A stretch of DNA of 64,000 nt from an uncultured Pelagibacteraceae bacterium (GCA_902584995.1 CACICF010000004.1:13960-77959); one strand, 5' to 3'; positions 54,984-64,000 are shown, numbered from the stretch's first letter. Numbers and translations are program-made. The notes: generated by a model not told the origin, from the sequence alone.

Positions 54984-55941
54984 GTTTGTTTTAATTCAAA
55001 AGTATTTTAAAAAATTAACTAATAATAACCCATCAGCATTAAATTTAAATGATGATGTTTTTTTTGACAAAAAAAATAATGTTGTAGTTTCGTCCGACAC
55101 TTATATTGAAGGTGTTCATTTTCTTAATTTTAGAAATCCTGATTTAGTAATTAAAAAAATAGTAAGATCCTCAATATCAGATTTGTATTGCAAAGGTGTA
55201 AAACCTAAGTTTATTTTTATTGGTGCTAGTGGAAATAATATATCTTTTTCAAAAAAAAATTTAGATCTTGTCTATAAAAGTTTAAAACAAGAGCAAAACA
55301 AATATAAATTCAAATTATCAGGTGGTGATACAACCAAATCAAATAAAACAACATTCACAATTACTAGTTTGGGATATTCAAAAAAAATAGTCCAGAGAAA
55401 TAAATGTAAAAATAAAGATGATATTTATGTAACCGGAAACCTTGGTGATAGTTATTTGGGTTTATTACTTTTAAGAAAAAAATTATTTTTAAGAAATACT
55501 AAACAGAGAAAATACTTTATCCAAAAATATTATATGCCAGATTTACCTACAAAAATTTGTTCAAAACTAATAAAATTTGCAAATTCATCAATTGATATTT
55601 CGGATGGCTTATTAGGTGATTTGACTAAATTAATTAATAGAAGAAAATTAAATTTTAGATTAGATCTTAAAAAAATACCTATTTCATCAAAACTTAATAA
55701 TTATCTTGTCAAAACAAATAAACAAAAAATAAATTTTATTTCTAAAGGTGATGATTATCAAATTCTATTTACTTCCTCAAAATATAATAGAAAATATATT
55801 AAATCTTTGTTTAAACAAATGAATCAAAAAGTCACTTTAATAGGAAATTTAACCAATGAAATCAAAAGTAATCAAATTATCTATAATAAAAAGCTTTTAA
55901 AACACAGATATAATGAGGGATATTCCCATAATTTCTCATAA
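54976..55941 (+). CDS. thiL: Thiamine-monophosphate kinase
   Basis: MNEF, EGVHF, SISDL, GGDT, VTGNLGDS, DISDGL, GDDY. Confidence 0.95.
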   Translation: MNEFVLIQKYFKKLTNNNPSALNLNDDVFFDKKNNVVVSSDTYIEGVHFLNFRNPDLVIKKIVRSSISDLYCKGVKPKFIFIGASGNNISFSKKNLDLVYKSLKQEQNKYKFKLSGGDTTKSNKTTFTITSLGYSKKIVQRNKCKNKDDIYVTGNLGDSYLGLLLLRKKLFLRNTKQRKYFIQKYYMPDLPTKICSKLIKFANSSIDISDGLLGDLTKLINRRKLNFRLDLKKIPISSKLNNYLVKTNKQKINFISKGDDYQILFTSSKYNRKYIKSLFKQMNQKVTLIGNLTNEIKSNQIIYNKKLLKHRYNEGYSHNFS

Positions 55942-56012
55942 AGTTAAACATTGCGTTTTATAGTTTTTTTTGTATTACATTGACCCCATAAATATATTTA
56001 ATAGAGGATTAA

Positions 56013-58118
56013 ATGAACTCAACAACAGAAACAATTTTATTATACATTATAGCAGCAGGAATTATATCAATCATTTACGGTTTTTTTACAGGCCGAAATA
56101 TTTTAAACTCAAGTTCTGGTAATGCTAAAATGGTTGAAATAGCATCAGCCATTCAAGAAGGTGCTCGTGCATATTTAAACAGACAATATAAAACTATTGC
56201 AATAGTTGGGGTTGTTGTTTTGATTATTATTTCTGTTGCATTTAGTCCTTTAGTAGGTCTAGGTTATTTAATTGGAGCTGCATTATCTGGAATAGCTGGC
56301 TATGTTGGTATGCTTGTTTCAGTCCAAGCGAATGTCAGAACTGCTGAAGCTTCAAGAAAAAGCTTAGCAAACGGTTTATCAATTGCTTTTAAATCTGGAG
56401 CTGTAACTGGAATGCTTGTTGCTGGATTAGCCTTATTATCAATTGCTGTTTATTATTATTTTCTTGTAAAGATTGGCATAGATGAAAGAGAAATAGTTAA
56501 TGCTTTAGTTGCACTTGGTTTTGGTGCTTCTTTAATATCTATATTTGCAAGATTAGGGGGAGGAATTTTTACAAAAGGTGCAGATGTTGGTGCCGATTTA
56601 GTTGGAAAAGTAGAAGCAGGTATACCTGAAGATGATCCAAGAAACCCAGCCGTAATTGCTGATAATGTTGGTGACAATGTTGGAGATTGTGCCGGTATGG
56701 CAGCTGATTTATTTGAAACATATGCTGTAACAATTGTTGCAACAATGGTTCTTTCATCAATATTTTTTATTGGTGACTTTAGCATGATGATTTATCCTTT
56801 AGCAATCGGTGGTGCATGTATACTTACTTCTATTCTAGGAACTTTTTTCGTAACTCTAGGAAGTGATAAGAACATAATGAAGGCGATGTATAAAGGTTTC
56901 GTGATAACGGCTATAAGTTCTTTAATTATTTTATATCCTATTACTAAATATGTAATTGGTTTTACTACTGAGTATGTTGTAAACGAAAAGTCATTTACTG
57001 GATTAAGCTTATATTTTTGTGGAATAATAGGACTTATCATTACAGGATTAATTATATGGATTACTGAATATTACACAGGTACAGATTATAGACCAGTTAA
57101 AAGTGTAGCTCAATCTTCAACAACAGGTCATGGAACTAATGTCATTCAAGGATTAGCAGTTTCAATGGAAGCAACAGCTATTCCTGCATTAATTATTGTT
57201 GGTGGAATATTATTAACTAATCATATAGCTGGCTTATATGGTATCGCAATTGCAGTAACTACAATGCTTGCACTTGCGGGTATGGTTGTGGCTTTAGATG
57301 CATATGGTCCAGTTACCGATAATGCTGGAGGAATTGCGGAAATGTCAAATCTTCCAAAAAATGTTAGAAAAACGACTGATGCATTAGATGCAGTTGGAAA
57401 TACAACAAAGGCAGTAACAAAAGGTTATGCGATCGGGTCAGCTGGACTTGGGGCTCTAGTTTTATTTGCTGCTTACACAGAAGATATTAAACATTTTTCT
57501 AAAGTTGCTGGCTCAAATTTGGAAGGAATTATAGTTACATTTGATTTATCTAATCCATTTGTTGTTGTTGGGCTATTAATTGGTGGAATGCTTCCATATT
57601 TGTTTGGTTCTATGGGTATGCAAGCCGTAGGTAGAGCTGGAGGTGCAGTTGTAATTGAGGTTAGGAGACAATTTAAAAAAATACCTGGGATAATGAAACG
57701 TAAAGCCAAACCTGATTATGGAAAATTAGTTGATCTTTTGACTAAAGCTGCAATTAAAGAGATGATAATACCGTCATTACTACCAGTGCTATCACCAATA
57801 GTTTTATATATAATTATTTATTTCATAGGTGGTCAAGTAGCTGCATTATCAGCTGTTGGTGCAATGTTATTAGGAGTAATTATAACGGGTTTATTTGTTG
57901 CAGTCTCGATGACTGCTGGTGGTGGTGCATGGGATAATGCTAAAAAATATATTGAAGACGGTAAGTTTGGTGGAAAAGGTTCTGAGGCACATAAAGCTGC
58001 TGTCACCGGTGATACTGTTGGCGATCCTTACAAGGATACAGCAGGACCAGCTGTAAATCCAATGATAAAGATTACAAATATTGTAGCTTTATTATTATTA
58101 GCTGTAATCGCTGGTTAA
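56013..58118 (+). CDS. hppA: Membrane-bound pyrophosphatase (K+-independent, H+-pumping signature)
   Basis: [44 protein letters not shown]. Confidence 0.96.
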   Translation: MNSTTETILLYIIAAGIISIIYGFFTGRNILNSSSGNAKMVEIASAIQEGARAYLNRQYKTIAIVGVVVLIIISVAFSPLVGLGYLIGAALSGIAGYVGMLVSVQANVRTAEASRKSLANGLSIAFKSGAVTGMLVAGLALLSIAVYYYFLVKIGIDEREIVNALVALGFGASLISIFARLGGGIFTKGADVGADLVGKVEAGIPEDDPRNPAVIADNVGDNVGDCAGMAADLFETYAVTIVATMVLSSIFFIGDFSMMIYPLAIGGACILTSILGTFFVTLGSDKNIMKAMYKGFVITAISSLIILYPITKYVIGFTTEYVVNEKSFTGLSLYFCGIIGLIITGLIIWITEYYTGTDYRPVKSVAQSSTTGHGTNVIQGLAVSMEATAIPALIIVGGILLTNHIAGLYGIAIAVTTMLALAGMVVALDAYGPVTDNAGGIAEMSNLPKNVRKTTDALDAVGNTTKAVTKGYAIGSAGLGALVLFAAYTEDIKHFSKVAGSNLEGIIVTFDLSNPFVVVGLLIGGMLPYLFGSMGMQAVGRAGGAVVIEVRRQFKKIPGIMKRKAKPDYGKLVDLLTKAAIKEMIIPSLLPVLSPIVLYIIIYFIGGQVAALSAVGAMLLGVIITGLFVAVSMTAGGGAWDNAKKYIEDGKFGGKGSEAHKAAVTGDTVGDPYKDTAGPAVNPMIKITNIVALLLLAVIAG

Positions 58119-58191
58119 TATAAACTAAAAGATTTTAAAAAATTGTTTGTCCAAGTTTGTTCCTAATTTTCATTTATAGAAGGAACTCTTT

Positions 58192-58476
58192 ATGATATAT
58201 TATGTATATTTGATTTTATCAAAAAAAAATAATAACTATATATCTTACGTTGGATATACTAATAATATTAAAAAAAGATTAGAACTCCACAATAAATCAA
58301 AAGGAGCAAAATTTACAAAAGGACGGACTTGGATTGTAATTTATTTTAAAAAATATAGAAATAAAACTACTGCTATGAAAGAAGAATTTAAGCTTAAAAA
58401 AAATTATAAGTTGAGGAATAAAATAAAAGAAGAATATTTAGAGAAAAATGAAAATTGCAATATTACTTCCTTTTAA
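58192..58476 (+). CDS. Small GIY-YIG nuclease (YhbQ/UPF0213-like)
   Basis: YYVY...YVGYTNNIKKRLELHN..KGAKFT, AMKEE. Confidence 0.88.
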   Translation: MIYYVYLILSKKNNNYISYVGYTNNIKKRLELHNKSKGAKFTKGRTWIVIYFKKYRNKTTAMKEEFKLKKNYKLRNKIKEEYLEKNENCNITSF

Positions 58477-60562
58477 AGAAGATTATTCACCTAAATATTC
58501 AGGTGCAGTTTCTATACATGTTTCTAACACATTAAAATTTTCAAAATTTAAAAATTCAATAACTGTGTACGGAAACACAAATAAAAAAAAATATTTATCA
58601 AATAATTTCAAAAATATTCAGGTTAGTTCAAATATTTTATTTAGTAATAACAAAAAATATTTACAAAAATTTGTTTCATTAAATATAAATAATAATCCAG
58701 ATATTGTTGAAATACATAATAGACCATCTTATGTTAAAACAATTAAAAATAATCTTAAATCAAAGATTATTTTATATTTTCATAATAATCCTATTACTAT
58801 TTCTGGGTCTAAATCTAAGAATGATCGAATAAATCTACTGGAAAAATGTGAATATATTTTTTTTAATAGCCAGTGGACAAAGAATCAATTTTTTAAAGAA
58901 ATAAATGAGGATGATTACCCATTGAAATATGGTGTTTGTTATCAGTCAACAAAACGTATAAAAGTAAATATAAATAAAAAAAAACAAATAATATCATTTG
59001 TTGGTAAATTAAATTCTGCAAAAGGTTATGATATTTTTGGTCAATCAATTTTAAGAATACTTAATGAATACAAAGATTGGAAGTCCATTGTTGTTGGAGA
59101 CGAGCCTAGGGAAAAACATATATTTAAGCATAAAAATCTAAAAATATACAATTTTAAAGAAAATTCTTATGTATTAAATCTTCTTAAAAAAACAAGTATA
59201 TTTGTTGCTTGTTCTCGTTGGGAGGAACCATTTGGAAGATCAAGCTTAGAAGCCAGTAGTTTAGGATGTGCAACAATTATTACAAATAGAGGAGGTCTAT
59301 TAGAAACAACAAAATACCCTATTATAATTAATAAATTAGATTCGAAAATATTATACAATCAGATAAAAAAATTAATAGATAATCCAAATATTCGAAAGAG
59401 GTATCAGAGTTTAAATTATAAGTCATTTTTTTTAACTCACGGATATGTTTCAAAAATAATTGATAAAGTAAGAAATAATATTGTATCTAATTTAAAAATT
59501 AATAAATTTAATATTAATAGAAATGCAAAATTAAAAATTATTCACATTACAAATTTTAATCAAAGATATTATGGAAGACTCCAATACAATACTGGTATAA
59601 GACTAAATAACGGACTTATTAGACTTGGTCACAATGTAATAAGTTTGTCAGACAGAGATATTATAAATTCATCTAAATCCTTTAGAGATCCCTCAGGTGC
59701 AAAATATCTCAACAATTTAATTTCTGAAACAATCACAAACTTTAACCCTGATTTATTAATACTTGGTCATGCTGATAAAGTAGATAAACAAATGTTATTA
59801 GGCGCTAGAGCAAAAAAAAAACATCTGACAATATCCCAATGGTTTTTAGATCCATTAACTAAAAAAGGCCCTGATTACATAAAGAATAAATCCAGAATTC
59901 TTGATAAGTTAGATGCAATGGACGCATCATTCACAACTACAGATCCTAAATCACTAGACTTTAAAATAAATAACTCCTTTTATATGCCCAATCCATGTGA
60001 TCAGTCATTAGATAATCTAAAAAATTTTAGACATAATCCAAAAAATGATATTTTTTATGCGATAAGCCATGGTGTACATAGAGGCGTTCTAAGAACAGGA
60101 AAAAAAGACGAGCGAGAAATTTTTATAACTAAGTTAAAACAAAAATGTAAAAATGTAATTTTTGATACTTATGGTATGTTTGGTAAACAGCCAATATGGG
60201 GTGAAAATTTTTTAACTAAATTATCGAATTCAAAAATGGGACTTAACCTAAGTAGAGGAAAACCAATAAAATATTATAGTAGTGATAGAATTGCTCAACT
60301 AATGGGCAATGGTCTTTTGACGTTTATTGACACCAAAACTTGTTATAATGATTTTTTTAGAAATGATGAAATGATATTTTACACCAATATAGAGGATTTA
60401 ACCGAAAAGATATATAAATATAAAAAAGATGATGTACTAAGAAAGAAAATTGCAAAAAAAGGTAACCTCAAATATCACAAGTTTTTTAATTCCAACATAG
60501 TTGCAAAATTTATAATTGATAAGTCTATTGGTATAAAATCAAAATTTTATTGGGAAAAATAG
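58448..60562 (+). CDS. Two-module glycosyltransferase (GT4 plus a second GT-B module, CgeB/YkvP-like)
   Basis: N-half FVGKLNSAKG, EEPFGRSSLEA; C-half SKMGLNL, YSSDR, IAKKG. Confidence 0.8.
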   Translation: MKIAILLPFKEDYSPKYSGAVSIHVSNTLKFSKFKNSITVYGNTNKKKYLSNNFKNIQVSSNILFSNNKKYLQKFVSLNINNNPDIVEIHNRPSYVKTIKNNLKSKIILYFHNNPITISGSKSKNDRINLLEKCEYIFFNSQWTKNQFFKEINEDDYPLKYGVCYQSTKRIKVNINKKKQIISFVGKLNSAKGYDIFGQSILRILNEYKDWKSIVVGDEPREKHIFKHKNLKIYNFKENSYVLNLLKKTSIFVACSRWEEPFGRSSLEASSLGCATIITNRGGLLETTKYPIIINKLDSKILYNQIKKLIDNPNIRKRYQSLNYKSFFLTHGYVSKIIDKVRNNIVSNLKINKFNINRNAKLKIIHITNFNQRYYGRLQYNTGIRLNNGLIRLGHNVISLSDRDIINSSKSFRDPSGAKYLNNLISETITNFNPDLLILGHADKVDKQMLLGARAKKKHLTISQWFLDPLTKKGPDYIKNKSRILDKLDAMDASFTTTDPKSLDFKINNSFYMPNPCDQSLDNLKNFRHNPKNDIFYAISHGVHRGVLRTGKKDEREIFITKLKQKCKNVIFDTYGMFGKQPIWGENFLTKLSNSKMGLNLSRGKPIKYYSSDRIAQLMGNGLLTFIDTKTCYNDFFRNDEMIFYTNIEDLTEKIYKYKKDDVLRKKIAKKGNLKYHKFFNSNIVAKFIIDKSIGIKSKFYWEK

Positions 60563-60569
60563 TAATAAA

Positions 60570-61577
60570 GTGGGAAAAGTATTGATACTGAAAAACGATA
60601 GAGTAGGTGACTTTATTACATCTATTAAATCCATAAATTTAATTCTTAATAAACATAGAAGTCAAGAAATAATAATTTTTTTGTCTAAAATTAATTACAA
60701 ATTTAATTTTATATTCTCAGATCTAAAATTTAATATATTTAATTATGATCTTAAGTTTTTAGAAAAAATAAAAATAATTTTTTATCTTTTTATAAATAAT
60801 GTGTCTGATGTATATATTTTGGCACCAAAAAACTTTTATTATTACCTTCCATTAATTTTCAGAAACATACGTTTTCATGCAATATGTATAGAGTCTGAAA
60901 AAAGTAGACCCTCCAAATTTTTAAGAAAATTTTTATACAAAAAGGGTACGTTATTTAGATCAAATAAAAAAAAAATCTTATCAGTATACAAAGTTTTAGA
61001 AAACCTAATTGATTATAATGAAAAGACCAAAAACTTTGTTAAATTGGAATTTGAAAAATTTGATTTTTTTAAATTTCCAAAAAATTCAACTTATTTTCAT
61101 TATAAACATAATCTTTTTCATGATAAACTCACCTGGTCTAATAATGAAATTAAAGAATTTATTAATTTTTTAGCAAAAAAAAGAACTAATATTGTATTTT
61201 CATCAGAACTTGAAAATATGGAAAAAAATGATTTTTTTTATAATAATTTTAACAGTTATGATTTCAAAAATAAATTATATAATAAAGTTAATAATAAAAA
61301 CATTTTATTTCTTAAAGATCTTGATGGCAAAAATTTAGTTCATTCAATTTATTTAAGTGATGAAGTTATTGCACCTGAAAGTGGCATCACTCACATTGGA
61401 AGTTTTTTGAATAAAAAAACTCTAGCCTTAATGTTTTTTAATTTTTCTAATAAAGATGATATATTCAAACAAATTATAGCTATAAAGGAATGGGCCCCTT
61501 TAAATGATTTTAAATTTACAATACTAAAAAAAGATCTTTTTAAAACTATCAATAAATTATCGAACATCATAAAATGA
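60570..61577 (+). CDS. GT9 (heptosyltransferase-like) glycosyltransferase
   Basis: LILKNDRVGD N-terminus, ESGITHI (DSG..H-like), TLALM. Confidence 0.7.
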   Translation: MGKVLILKNDRVGDFITSIKSINLILNKHRSQEIIIFLSKINYKFNFIFSDLKFNIFNYDLKFLEKIKIIFYLFINNVSDVYILAPKNFYYYLPLIFRNIRFHAICIESEKSRPSKFLRKFLYKKGTLFRSNKKKILSVYKVLENLIDYNEKTKNFVKLEFEKFDFFKFPKNSTYFHYKHNLFHDKLTWSNNEIKEFINFLAKKRTNIVFSSELENMEKNDFFYNNFNSYDFKNKLYNKVNNKNILFLKDLDGKNLVHSIYLSDEVIAPESGITHIGSFLNKKTLALMFFNFSNKDDIFKQIIAIKEWAPLNDFKFTILKKDLFKTINKLSNIIK

Positions 61578-62500
61578 ATAAAAAAATTGTTGTAGAAATT
61601 GCTGAAGGATTAGGAAATCAGATGTTTATGTATGCACATGCATATTCACTAGCAAAAAAATTAAATTATCAATTAGAAATTGACAATAAAAGTGGTTACT
61701 CAAGGAAAAAAAATCAATTAAGAGATCATCAAATATATTCTCTAGATAAATTTAATATTTCACAAAATATTACCTCAAGTGATAACATCTATGATAATGC
61801 GTTTAAGAGATTAAAAAAAAAAATTGAAATTTTTATATATAAATTTTTAAAAAAAAAAAAATTTATAATTGAAAAAAAAATAATATCTCATGGAAAAAAA
61901 ATTCCTCAACCTTATATTATTAATGACAGTGATCATTTATCTAATTTAATTTATGTTCAAGGAAATTTTGAAAATTATAATTATTTTAAAAACTTAAGAG
62001 AAGATTTAATTCAAATTTTCAAACCTCTCGATATATTTATTAAAAGACAAGATGAGCTAATTAATAAATTAACAAATACTAATAGTGTTTCTATTCACAT
62101 CAGACAAAATAGGTTTTCAGATCAAAAAAACCTCAAAACGAATATAAATAAATTACATAAATCTAATGAATTCTCTAATGAAGTAATTACATATATTAAA
62201 AATGCAGAGCAATTTTTTAGAAAAAAATTAACTAATCCTGTTTTTTTTATTTGGTCAAATGATTTTGCGGGTTTAGATAAATATTTTAGTAAAGAAAAAT
62301 ATAATTTTATTACCGATAATGACTTAATTAATGATTTTAACTTATTTTCTTATGCTAAACATTTCATTGTAAGTCCTTCAACATTTCATTGGTGGGGAGC
62401 ATACTTAAATGAAAATCCAGATAAGATTTGCATCAGACCAAAAAATATAAATCCTTCTAATAATACAGGTTTTTGGCCTTTAAATTGGATTGCGATTTAA
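61574..62500 (+). CDS. GT11 alpha-1,2-fucosyltransferase-like protein
   Basis: GLGNQMF, QGNF, VSIHIR, IWSND, STFHWWGAYL, WIAI. Confidence 0.85.
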   Translation: MNKKIVVEIAEGLGNQMFMYAHAYSLAKKLNYQLEIDNKSGYSRKKNQLRDHQIYSLDKFNISQNITSSDNIYDNAFKRLKKKIEIFIYKFLKKKKFIIEKKIISHGKKIPQPYIINDSDHLSNLIYVQGNFENYNYFKNLREDLIQIFKPLDIFIKRQDELINKLTNTNSVSIHIRQNRFSDQKNLKTNINKLHKSNEFSNEVITYIKNAEQFFRKKLTNPVFFIWSNDFAGLDKYFSKEKYNFITDNDLINDFNLFSYAKHFIVSPSTFHWWGAYLNENPDKICIRPKNINPSNNTGFWPLNWIAI

Positions 62501-62515
62501 TGTTTGCTATTATTC

Positions 62516-63469
62516 CTAGATTTTAACTTTATTTAAAGCATTATTTTTAAAAATATTTGCTTCTTTAATATATCTTCTTACCATTTGAGTTGTTTTGTGT
62601 CCTGTCATTGCCATAATACTTCTTTCATCAGCCCCAGACTCTGCAGCAACTGTTGCAAATCCAGATCTTAAACTATGACCTGCATAATTTTTATTTTCAA
62701 CTCCTGCTAAATTTAAGTATTCTTTCATTAATAACACCACTGATTGATCATTTAATCTTTTGTCAGTTAGTGATAATCCTTTAGAAAATCTTCTAAAAAT
62801 TGGTCCAGATTTAATTTTAGAAATTTCTAACCATTTTTTAAGATTTACTATCGGGCAATAAGTTTCATTGGTGAAGTAGGGCAGTCCTTTAATCATCCCT
62901 TCGCCTAATTGATCGGTTTTTGATCTTTTAATAATGATTTTGAGACCCTCTGGTACAAATTCTAAATCTTCATAATTAATTGAAATTAGTTCATTTCGTC
63001 TAAATCCCCCTGCAAAACCTATTAGAATGATTGACTTATCTCTAAACTTTTTAATATCCCTAATTTTTTGTTTATCTATTACATTAATTATAGATTTTAA
63101 ATTATTGATTAATAAAGGTTTTTTTCCTTCTTGAATACTTCCTTTTAATCTTCTTATTCCCATTAAGTTTTCAACAATGATTGGGTGTTTTGTATCTAGA
63201 TAATGACCTTTAAGTTTATGGACCATGCTAATTGATACTAACCTTCTTCTTAAAGTACTTATTTTTGAACATTTAGATAAGTGAGTAAGGTATAATGAAA
63301 CTATTTTAGGTTCTGATGGTAATGAACTTAGACCATGTTTAACGCAAAAAGCTCCAAAATCTTTAAAGTCTGATTTATAAGCTCTTAAGGTGTTGTCTGC
63401 TTTAGATCTTTTAAGGTTATTTAGAGTTGCCTCATGAAGCGATTTTAAATCAGTTGTAAGTTCACTCAT
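62516..63469 (-). CDS. Cre-like site-specific tyrosine recombinase
   Basis: N-terminal NTLRAY...STLRRRL domain; catalytic set in GFRRNE (R), RSKTDQ (K), GHSLR (HxxR), TGH (H) and RRY (Y). Confidence 0.92.
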   Translation of the reverse strand: MSELTTDLKSLHEATLNNLKRSKADNTLRAYKSDFKDFGAFCVKHGLSSLPSEPKIVSLYLTHLSKCSKISTLRRRLVSISMVHKLKGHYLDTKHPIIVENLMGIRRLKGSIQEGKKPLLINNLKSIINVIDKQKIRDIKKFRDKSIILIGFAGGFRRNELISINYEDLEFVPEGLKIIIKRSKTDQLGEGMIKGLPYFTNETYCPIVNLKKWLEISKIKSGPIFRRFSKGLSLTDKRLNDQSVVLLMKEYLNLAGVENKNYAGHSLRSGFATVAAESGADERSIMAMTGHKTTQMVRRYIKEANIFKNNALNKVKI

Positions 63470-63472
63470 AAA

Positions 63473-63507
63473 ATTACTATTGATAACAATTAATTATCAC
63501 TAGTAAT
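63473..63507. repeat. lox-like inverted repeat (14-7-14), candidate recombination site
   Basis: ATTACTATTGATAA-caattaa-TTATCACTAGTAAT; arms 13/14 complementary; 3 nt upstream of the recombinase ATG. Confidence 0.8.
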
Positions 63508-63531
63508 AATATAACTCATTTTACATGTCAA
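63503..63531 (-). promoter_or_regulatory. Putative recombinase promoter
   Basis: Minus strand TTGACA (63531-26), 17-nt spacer, TATTAC (63508-03); overlaps the distal arm of the lox-like repeat. Confidence 0.55.
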
Positions 63532-63554
63532 GCATTTAATGTAAAAGATCTTCA

Positions 63555-63719
63555 ATGCCTAAATATGTAATTATTGGTCTTATTGTAGTTATTGGAACGT
63601 TCCTAATTATGAATTACTGGCCAAAACTAAAAGAACAAACAAGAAATCGAATTTTAATGGTTATTTTTGGCATATTTTTCATAAGTATATTTGTTCTGTT
63701 ATTTCTATTAATGTTTTGA
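63555..63719 (+). CDS. Small two-TM hypothetical membrane protein (54 aa; not in the ORF track)
   Basis: Hand translation MPKYVIIGLIVVIGTFLIMNYWPKLKEQTRNRILMVIFGIFFISIFVLLFLLMF*; fills the gap in an otherwise gap-free region. Confidence 0.7.
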   Translation: MPKYVIIGLIVVIGTFLIMNYWPKLKEQTRNRILMVIFGIFFISIFVLLFLLMF

Positions 63720-63725
63720 GGTAAA

Positions 63726-64000
63726 TTGATCGATATTTTAAGCATTCTTGTTGCTGGTATATTTTCTTGCATAATTTTAGATATTCTCGGTTATTTGCTT
63801 AAATTATTAGGTGTTCCTGAGCCATCCTGGGGAATTGTTGGTAGGTGGACCTATTATATGCTTAAAAATGGATCCTTTAACAATCCAAATATAGCACAAA
63901 TGCAAACTATTAAATATGAGGTCTTATTGGGTTGGATTTTTCACTACTACGTATCAATTTGTTGGGCTGTGATATATTATTTTTTCTTTATACAAATAGG
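63726..64000 (+). CDS. DUF2938-like membrane protein (3'-truncated by the window edge)
   Basis: TTG start after GAGGT; hand translation includes D..G...SWGIVGRW and LGWIFHY; open to the window end. Confidence 0.7.
   Translation, partial: MIDILSILVAGIFSCIILDILGYLLKLLGVPEPSWGIVGRWTYYMLKNGSFNNPNIAQMQTIKYEVLLGWIFHYYVSICWAVIYYFFFIQI

Noticed and set aside
58145-58186. GTCC/GTTC repeats and GTTCCT...AGGAAC upstream of the GIY-YIG gene as a LexA box or hairpin
   Set aside because: The spacing is N6 with a mismatch rather than GTTC-N7-GTTC, and the 6-bp stem with a 16-nt loop is too weak.
58192-58476. GIY-YIG gene as a homing endonuclease or intron
   Set aside because: It is a 94-aa stand-alone YhbQ-like domain with no DNA-binding extension and does not interrupt any gene.
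152-59358. Many short antisense or alternate-frame ORFs in the track (e.g. 152-337, 6509-6892, 20826-21206, 24693-25304, 43422-43889, 56456-56785)
   Set aside because: They lie within or opposite well-conserved genes and have Ile/Phe/Ser-rich shadow composition with no recognisable motifs.
1-64000. CRISPR array, rRNA, IS element, prophage or riboswitch
   Set aside because: No spaced repeats or transposase/phage genes were seen. Apart from the tRNA, no intergenic gap exceeds about 85 nt, and none shows GC-rich structure.

Overview
An AT-rich, almost gap-free core-chromosome segment from a streamlined alphaproteobacterium. Gene content, gene order and the tiny intergenic spaces fit SAR11/Pelagibacter, but this taxonomy is inferred, not searched. 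The window runs from the 3' part of fusA through the S10-spc-alpha ribosomal cluster (to rpoA-rplQ), then housekeeping genes: an RluA-family synthase, lipB, mgtE, panC, galU-ugd, a Rid-family protein, topA, plsY, pyrC-like, pyrB, ruvX and gatCAB. Next come an O-methyltransferase-trhO-MATE unit, soxBDAG, tRNA-Ser(GCT), slt, dapA-smpB-folK-spoT-pyrE-pdxJ-acpS-lepB-rnc-recO, hemB, a 2OG-Fe(II) oxygenase, rpiB-glyA-nrdR-rib-nusB-thiL and hppA. It ends with a GIY-YIG gene, three glycosyltransferases, a Cre-like tyrosine recombinase and two small membrane-protein genes missing from the ORF track. The two strongest candidates for undescribed biology are (1) the Cre-like recombinase with a lox-like 14-7-14 inverted repeat in its own promoter region, a possible single-recombinase dimer-resolution module, and (2) the coupled TrmR-like methyltransferase plus TrhO pair, a possible O2-dependent mo5U34 tRNA modification route. 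No CRISPR array, rRNA, IS element or prophage was seen.
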